Source: Mayamaea pseudoterrestris (taxonomy: Eukaryota). From it: 64,000 nt of DNA. Where the stretch lies: contig BROI01000016.1 of the NCBI GenBank assembly GCA_027923505.1, positions 248,001-312,000 on the forward strand, given 5' to 3'. Shown here one piece after another: positions 58,066-64,000 of the stretch. The notes beneath the pieces are model-generated. The model saw nothing but the letters and a program-made list of their open reading frames with translations. It was not told where the DNA came from and searched no databases. A program made the position numbers and the translations under genes. Within the stretch, counting starts at the first letter, position 1, and every line of letters begins with the position of its first letter.

Positions 58066-58566
58066 TTAAAAGTATATGGCGCTTTTGAAGTGACTGCGAC
58101 AACATGCATACACTTTCAAGCTTTCATCCTTGCTGCGGGTTAGAAATAGTGTGAGGTCTTTCCAGTTATCAATAATAATCTGATCATGCTCCTTATCCAT
58201 GTACGAGAGCGTAATATCACTGCAAGAGTGGATGCGTGTGTCATTGATATGCAATGAGGTTCGGTAGCCACTCAACATTCGCAACGCTACGTTTTCCAAA
58301 TTTTTGAAGAGTTTGTGCGCTTTCACTTTATTGATGTCGCGCAAGTATGAAGACACATCAAGCACGCGAATGACAGCGTCGATTTTTAAGAAGTTTTTCT
58401 TCGACACGTGTGGGTACGATGCACTCATCGCAAAGGGTCCATTGTTGCAAATGAGCTTGAGAAGCTTTGGGGTGCTCTTTGCCTCGTCCATTTTGGGCTG
58501 AAAAATTTCGGAGCTATTGAGGACGACAAGACTTGTTGCCTTGGTTGTATGAGTATCGCTCGACAT
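58066..58566 (-). CDS. Small protein with PB1-like C-terminal motif
   Basis: ITLSYMDKEHDQIIIDNWKDL..LKVYA resembles the PB1 OPCA region. Confidence 0.5.
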   Translation of the reverse strand: MSSDTHTTKATSLVVLNSSEIFQPKMDEAKSTPKLLKLICNNGPFAMSASYPHVSKKNFLKIDAVIRVLDVSSYLRDINKVKAHKLFKNLENVALRMLSGYRTSLHINDTRIHSCSDITLSYMDKEHDQIIIDNWKDLTLFLTRSKDESLKVYACCRSHFKSAIYF

Positions 58567-58881
58567 GGTACCGCTATTCCTCCTTTTGGAATTGCAGCGC
58601 AAGCTTTTTCGCATCTGATGCTACAATTTATGCGAGCATGCAAATGACAGCAGCTCTCCATGGAAGAGTTTTGCGAACGGCGGTAGATGGCGGAAATCCA
58701 AATGGTTTTGTTGCAAACTTCATTTGTTTATGGTATGGTAATCTCAGGATTATTTCGTGCCTGCGAATGAACTACTATCGGCGTCGAGAGTCGAATTGTA
58801 CGGGTAGCTAAATATTTAAAGCGTCGCACTGGTTTCGTTCACCGATAGATCGACCGATTTCTTCCGTCGCAGAATCTCACC

Positions 58882-60554
58882 ATGGCGATCCATCTTCTTC
58901 GGTAAGTAAGCAGCGTTCCCATGTGCAATTCGCTTTCTTGAATCTCACAATTACTAGACTTCCCGTCGGCGCCTACTCGACTCGTTCCTTGACAATCATG
59001 TCATCGTCGGCATCTTCTTTACTTGATGGATCCAGCAAATGCCTTGCCGTCAATCAGCTTCAAAACCCGTCTCTGCTGTCATCATTCCATCAAGACTCAT
59101 CTTCCTCGTCAAACTGTTTTCCAGTCACGAATCCGGCGCGACCAAACGAGATTGTCGGATACGCTCCAGCTCACTCCAAGCATGATGCAGCGAAAATGAT
59201 TCAAACGGCACACGACTCGCTCAAATCGTGGCGCGACGAAACGACAGCCATGCATCGCTCGCAGTTGCTGCAGGAATGGAGTCGCTTGATTCAGGAGCAT
59301 ACATCCGACATTGGCAGAATCATGACGCTCGAGTCGGGCAAGCCAATCAAGGAAAGCTTTGGCGAGGTGCAGTATGCCAAGTCGTATGTCGATTACTTTA
59401 GCGCCGAAGCGATTCGACCGAGTGGCGCTGGAGGAGGATATCTAGTGCCAACGCCATTCACGACGACTAACAGTGACGGAGCTACTTCAACAGTTCCGCG
59501 CGGAACAATCATGGCGCTGCACCAAGCCATTGGTTTGTGCGGCTTGATTGCCCCATGGAACTTTCCAGCCGCCATGATTCTGCGCAAGGTTGCACCGGCG
59601 CTGGCCGCTGGATGCAGCTGCGTCGTCAAGCCAGCCTCGCAAACGCCACTGACCGCCATGGCATTAGTCAATTTGGCGTACCAAGCTGGCATTCCAAAGG
59701 ACGTCTTGCAACTGGTCACGTGTGACACTGACACAACCAAGGATATTGGAAGCGAGCTGACGACGAACCCACTGGTGCGCAAGGTGAGTTTCACGGGAAG
59801 CACCAACGTTGGAAAAATGCTGCTCCAACAATGCGCCAACACTTGCAAGCGAACATCCATGGAGCTTGGTGGAAACGCGCCGTTTGTCGTCTTTGGCGAC
59901 GCCAACTTGGACCAAGCTGTCATGGCGGCCATGGCGAGCAAGTTTCGCAACGCTGGACAAACGTGCGTATGTTCGGATCGATTCATTGTGCATGCCAGTG
60001 TGCACGACGACTTTTGTGAGCGATTGGTGCAAGCCATTCGCGACACGATTAATGTAGGAGACGGCATGGACGAAAATACCACCATGGGACCGCTCATTTC
60101 GTCGCAGGCGTTGCAAAAGGTTCACGAGCGCGTCCAAGCTGCGATTGATGATGGAGCAAAATGTTTGCTGGGAGGCGAAGCGCTGCCAGACCTTGGGCCA
60201 AACTTTTATGCACCGACGGTGTTGACGAATGTTTCATCTGACTCGGACATATTCCGCGAGGAAACCTTTGGACCAGTCATTGCCATTGTCAAGTTTGACA
60301 CCGACGAGGAGGCGCTACGCTTGGCGAATGATTCCAACGTTGGCTTGGCTGGATACTTTTGCACCGAAAATCTGGCGCGAGCCTTTTCCTTTGCTCGCAC
60401 GTTGGAGTGTGGCATTGTTGGCGTCAACGAAGGCATTGTCAGCACGGTGGTGGCGCCATTTGGAGGTGTCAAGGAAAGTGGCATGGGGCGGGAAGGGAGC
60501 TCCATGGGAATGGCCGAATATCTCGAGACAAAGTACATTTTCATGAATGCATAA
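58882..60554 (+). CDS. ALDH5A1: Succinate-semialdehyde dehydrogenase, probably mitochondrial; exons 58882-58901, 58958-60554
   Basis: PWNFPAAM, SFTGST, SMELGGNAP, SKFRNAGQTCVC, EETFGP, PFGGVKESGMGREGS. A 56-nt intron gives the presequence-like MAIHLLRLPVGAYSTRS. Confidence 0.93.
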
Positions 60555-60958
60555 AGTGGTGATACTATATTTCGCTTCCTCTTTCGACTTGCTTTCTGTA
60601 GCTTTTATATAACATAGCACTGACTTGTCGATCTCTGCATACGCATTTATGTATTTTGTAATATATCTCCAGTCGGCGCTGCCGCTGTCGCCTCATGCAC
60701 CGGACCCAAAGTTATATAGGTATATATCGGTGCTTCTTACACTAGCTTAACCGCCAAGACGGATGTTTTCTAGCAATTTCAAAAGAAAATTCCTTGGTAT
60801 CTCAGCATGTGTGCAGCGCGCTTTTCATGGGGTCGAGTCTATCAGGCGGAAAGCTCTTTGGGTGTTGAGGTGAACCGAATCGCCAAATATCGTTGCAAAT
60901 TGAGCGAGCAAGCGGCTCTGGCAGCAATGGCCGTCACAGACCAGCATTTAATGCCAAC

Positions 60959-62107
60959 ATGACGACGTACTGGACCACCGCAACGAAAATAATCCTTTTA
61001 TCGGCCATTGCTATTGCCGGCGGCATCAGTGTGGCTGTGCTGGTGCCGCGCGAGGTCAAGAGTGGCGAAAGCAAGAACGAGGTTGCCATCAAGCCATCGG
61101 CAACATTTATTCCGACGATATTTTTGACAGGTGCGCCATCAATAGCTTTATCAACTCCTACCAACAAGCAGCCACGGGAAGAGTCGAAGGAAGTGGAGAC
61201 TCCGACTAAAACGCCAATGGAGGTGCTCACAATGTCTCCGGCAAACGCTCCTTCCGACGTGCCTCTGTCAAATGCGTTCCCGACACCTTTGTTGCAGCGC
61301 AGCGAAAACCACACGACATCCTCTCCAAGCATTCTATCCATTCTTTCTGATGCATCCGATATTCCCAGTGTGGCACCCACATACGGCTTCCGCTCGATGG
61401 GTCAATCGGATGCTCCATCGGCAGATTACACTTCGCCGCCGTCAGCCGAGTTGCTTGACCTATCTGCAACTAATATTGTGCCATCGGCGTCTCCTGCGTC
61501 GACTCCTTCCCGCATTCCAGGCATATTCAAATTATTTTCATCGGATGTTCCTTCGGACGTCCCGACCAGTGTGCCTTCACTAACAATTGCTGCCACCTGG
61601 CCGACTTTGACACCAGCGAATGACGACGTTGTTGCCGCAAACAATGCCCATGCTACCACCGTAACGAAAACAACATTGGTTCCAGACGATTTGCAACTAT
61701 CGGACGTGCCATCGATCGCTCCTTCCGTTCAGGCCATCAACAAGGCGCAACATGACCCATCCGCAACATCTGGCGCAATCTTTAGTCCAGAAAAGCTGCA
61801 AAAATCTGATGCACCCTCCGTGAAACCTCTCAAAGACGCGTCCTCCATGTGGAGCAAGGCACCCGCTGCAACAACCTTTGACCTGGCGAGTATTGGCGGC
61901 AGTGACTACCCATCGAATGCTCCGACATTGAACGTTTTTGTCGAAGCTGGCACACCTATCGAAAGCGACTCGCCCAGTCTTGTTCCTCTCGCCGTGACAA
62001 GTAACGACCCGACTACCAAGATTCGGACTCTTGGTGCCAAGAAGGAGATTGCATTGAAAGGGCGCCACGTTCGCGTTCGAGCAGCGCGAGGAAAACATTG
62101 CAAGTAG
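60959..62107 (+). CDS. Membrane-anchored Ser/Thr/Pro-rich protein with SDxPS repeats
   Basis: N-terminal TM (IILLSAIAIAGGISVAVLV); repeated SDVPS/SDAPS/SDIPS/SDYPS. Confidence 0.7.
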   Translation: MTTYWTTATKIILLSAIAIAGGISVAVLVPREVKSGESKNEVAIKPSATFIPTIFLTGAPSIALSTPTNKQPREESKEVETPTKTPMEVLTMSPANAPSDVPLSNAFPTPLLQRSENHTTSSPSILSILSDASDIPSVAPTYGFRSMGQSDAPSADYTSPPSAELLDLSATNIVPSASPASTPSRIPGIFKLFSSDVPSDVPTSVPSLTIAATWPTLTPANDDVVAANNAHATTVTKTTLVPDDLQLSDVPSIAPSVQAINKAQHDPSATSGAIFSPEKLQKSDAPSVKPLKDASSMWSKAPAATTFDLASIGGSDYPSNAPTLNVFVEAGTPIESDSPSLVPLAVTSNDPTTKIRTLGAKKEIALKGRHVRVRAARGKHCK

Positions 62108-62152
62108 CAAACATCTTCGGGCAGAAAAGGTGTCGCGCCCTTAAGAACACTC

Positions 62153-63150
62153 TCATGCATGATAGTGTAACGTAGCCTCATAATGATTGATAAATGAAGA
62201 TCCAAATCTCGTTGTTTGTATGAACGTGGCAAAAGTAGAAACAGCAGTAACATCGCATCGAACAAAACTTTCGCAGGTCGATGCCAGTACACCCGACGAC
62301 GACCGCTTAATGTTTGCTTGACGCAAGCCAGCGATGCCTTGCGGCGACGAAGAGCTCAATCTTGCAAGCTTCGAGTGCAGTGCCGCCTTGCTGCCTTTTG
62401 ACGAACTGAATTCTGCCGGCGCAGCAAATTCCAGAGTAGCCTTGGCGATTGTAGCCTGGTTTGCCTTAAAAAACCGTCCAGGAATTCCGCAGACAACGAT
62501 GGCGAATAGCAAGTCAAGTAGATTGTCAGTTTTAGCAATCTTGTTTCTTCGAGCAGACGCAGAGGTCATATTGGATCGTGCAGGTAACACTTGCAGGTAT
62601 CAGTTTGGTACGGCACCTTTCATTGGCGCGTACACTGGCAAACTAGATCCAATAAGGCTCCAACAGAGCGCTGCCACTAGCAAGCACGAGACAGATGAGT
62701 CAAAGCTCCTCCAAGTCTCGTCTCTGTCGTCATCGTCTGTACTTCTCCAAGAATGTATTGCACGACGTGAAGGTGTAATATTGTCACATCCCAGCGCCAG
62801 CAGCCGAGTCTCGAGCTCCTGCTGCACACCGCACCAGAGTCTGCTTGCTTGGAAAACAAATTCTCACTTGTTTCTGTCGTGATCCAGTCTACCTTTGCAA
62901 TATTCTTGTACGTTGCCTTTCAAGTCTTGTCGCTTTCCATTTGGAGCGTGCCTCGCGTAGCATGGATGGAGTTTCTGCAATGGCAAATCTTCGCTTCCTC
63001 TTGCTTATACATTGCCGACAGATCCAATGACACTCACGATTGACGGATTATCCCATTTCCAGACACTTTCATATGAATCTGCGTTATACTGGGTACGATC
63101 ATATGTGTGCGAACTTGTCTCAGTTGACTGTGATGGGAACGAACGAGGTT
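62153..63150 (-). pseudogene. Possible decayed gene (one frame interrupted by a few stops)
   Basis: ORFs 62600..62827 and 62153..62590 share a frame across a TGA; the same frame extends upstream with two more stops. Confidence 0.3.
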
Positions 63151-63926
63151 CCGTCCATCAAGCGTCAAGTCTCGCTTGTGAATGATGCCATCGTCGGGTC
63201 ATTGCGACTGCTCTTTTTTATCCAGTAGTCTGAAAGATTCGTTGCTGACAGTGTATCTTTTTCGCTTGAAGTAGATGCAAGGTTGTAGCGAGGAGGATGC
63301 ATCACAAGTGTGTCAGGCATTCCAATCGATTATTTTTGTGGTTGCCATGGCGCGCGCGGTAGATCGTGCGAACCAACACTACTTGTGAAAAGGCCGCAAA
63401 AACGGTACAAAATACAAAAACCCGCAATTATGGCAGCAAAGCATCATTGGTTTAGTGGTAAAATCCGACGTTGCCATCGTCGGGCCCCGTGTTCGATTCA
63501 CGGATGATGCAGATCCTAAATATTTTGATCTATAGATCGGACAATTCTTTTTGTTCAGTCGCAACATACAGGCAGAGTGGTCGCAACGATACTTCATAAC
63601 GAAAGTAAACTTAAGCAAAACTCACTACCTTTCAACAACAGTCTTAAAATACATGTTGGAATCTACTACATGATACTCGTCGTCACTTCAACAAAGAATA
63701 TTTAAACTATAGACATGCACAGCAAACGCATAGCAAACTGTTGACTGTGCGTTCGGCCACATAAACTACTTCGGGTAGCCACTTGCGCAACAACGTTGTG
63801 AACCCGTCGGGCTGGAACTTGAAACCACTTGCTCGTCCAGAAAGCAATCGCGTCAATCGCTGCGTAAACTGAAAGTCCATCATTTGCATTTCATACAGCT
63901 TGTCAAACCGCAGCCGTTCGAATCGG

Positions 63927-63980
63927 ATACTGACTGTCATCAACGACGGGAACATACTGACTGTCATCAACGACGGGAAC
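63927..63980. repeat. Exact 27-bp tandem duplication within minus-strand ORF 63707..63997
   Basis: ATACTGACTGTCATCAACGACGGGAAC x2 (MFPSLMTVS x2). Confidence 0.9.
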
Positions 63981-64000
63981 ATTCGAAACGGCATCATTGA

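Noticed and set aside
62334..62882. 182-aa plus-strand ORF
   Set aside because: No motifs; its composition looks like the antisense of a decayed minus-strand frame.

Overview
Eukaryotic nuclear DNA, most likely from a diatom. Evidence: CoDi-type Ty1/copia elements, DUF6824-type domains, short GT-AG introns, a plastid signal-peptide/Phe motif and diatom-type LRR families. 1-3 kb holds a spliced gene with three DUF6824-like domains. About 3.3-21.5 kb is a nested transposon island. It contains a CpG-depleted tandem duplication and a young Ty1/copia element (4233-10810; identical 313-bp LTRs with TTG...CAA ends, no 5-bp TSD, frameshifted integrase region). It also holds a degenerate zinc-knuckle ORF, a probable non-autonomous TIR element and a second, heavily degraded minus-strand copia (14021-21480). 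22-64 kb is gene-dense host sequence: an RGG-rich protein, a TBL/PC-esterase O-acetyltransferase, an LRR membrane protein, two RNI-like LRR paralogs (one with an in-frame TGA) and a class I heme peroxidase. Further genes are RNA Pol III C31, GH114, an F-box/beta-helix protein, a bZIP-SnoaL-like-PAS factor, an SH3BGR-like repeat protein, TrpRS with a long N-terminal extension, an EamA-like transporter, a PB1-like protein, SSADH and a PT-repeat protein. Best leads: (1) a cytochrome-c-peroxidase-type enzyme with plastid plus Tat (thylakoid lumen) targeting; (2) TrpRS fused to a degenerate AlaX-like domain; (3) the bZIP/NTF2-like/LOV-like sensor architecture; (4) non-canonical copia termini. All domain calls come from motif recognition by eye; no searches were run.
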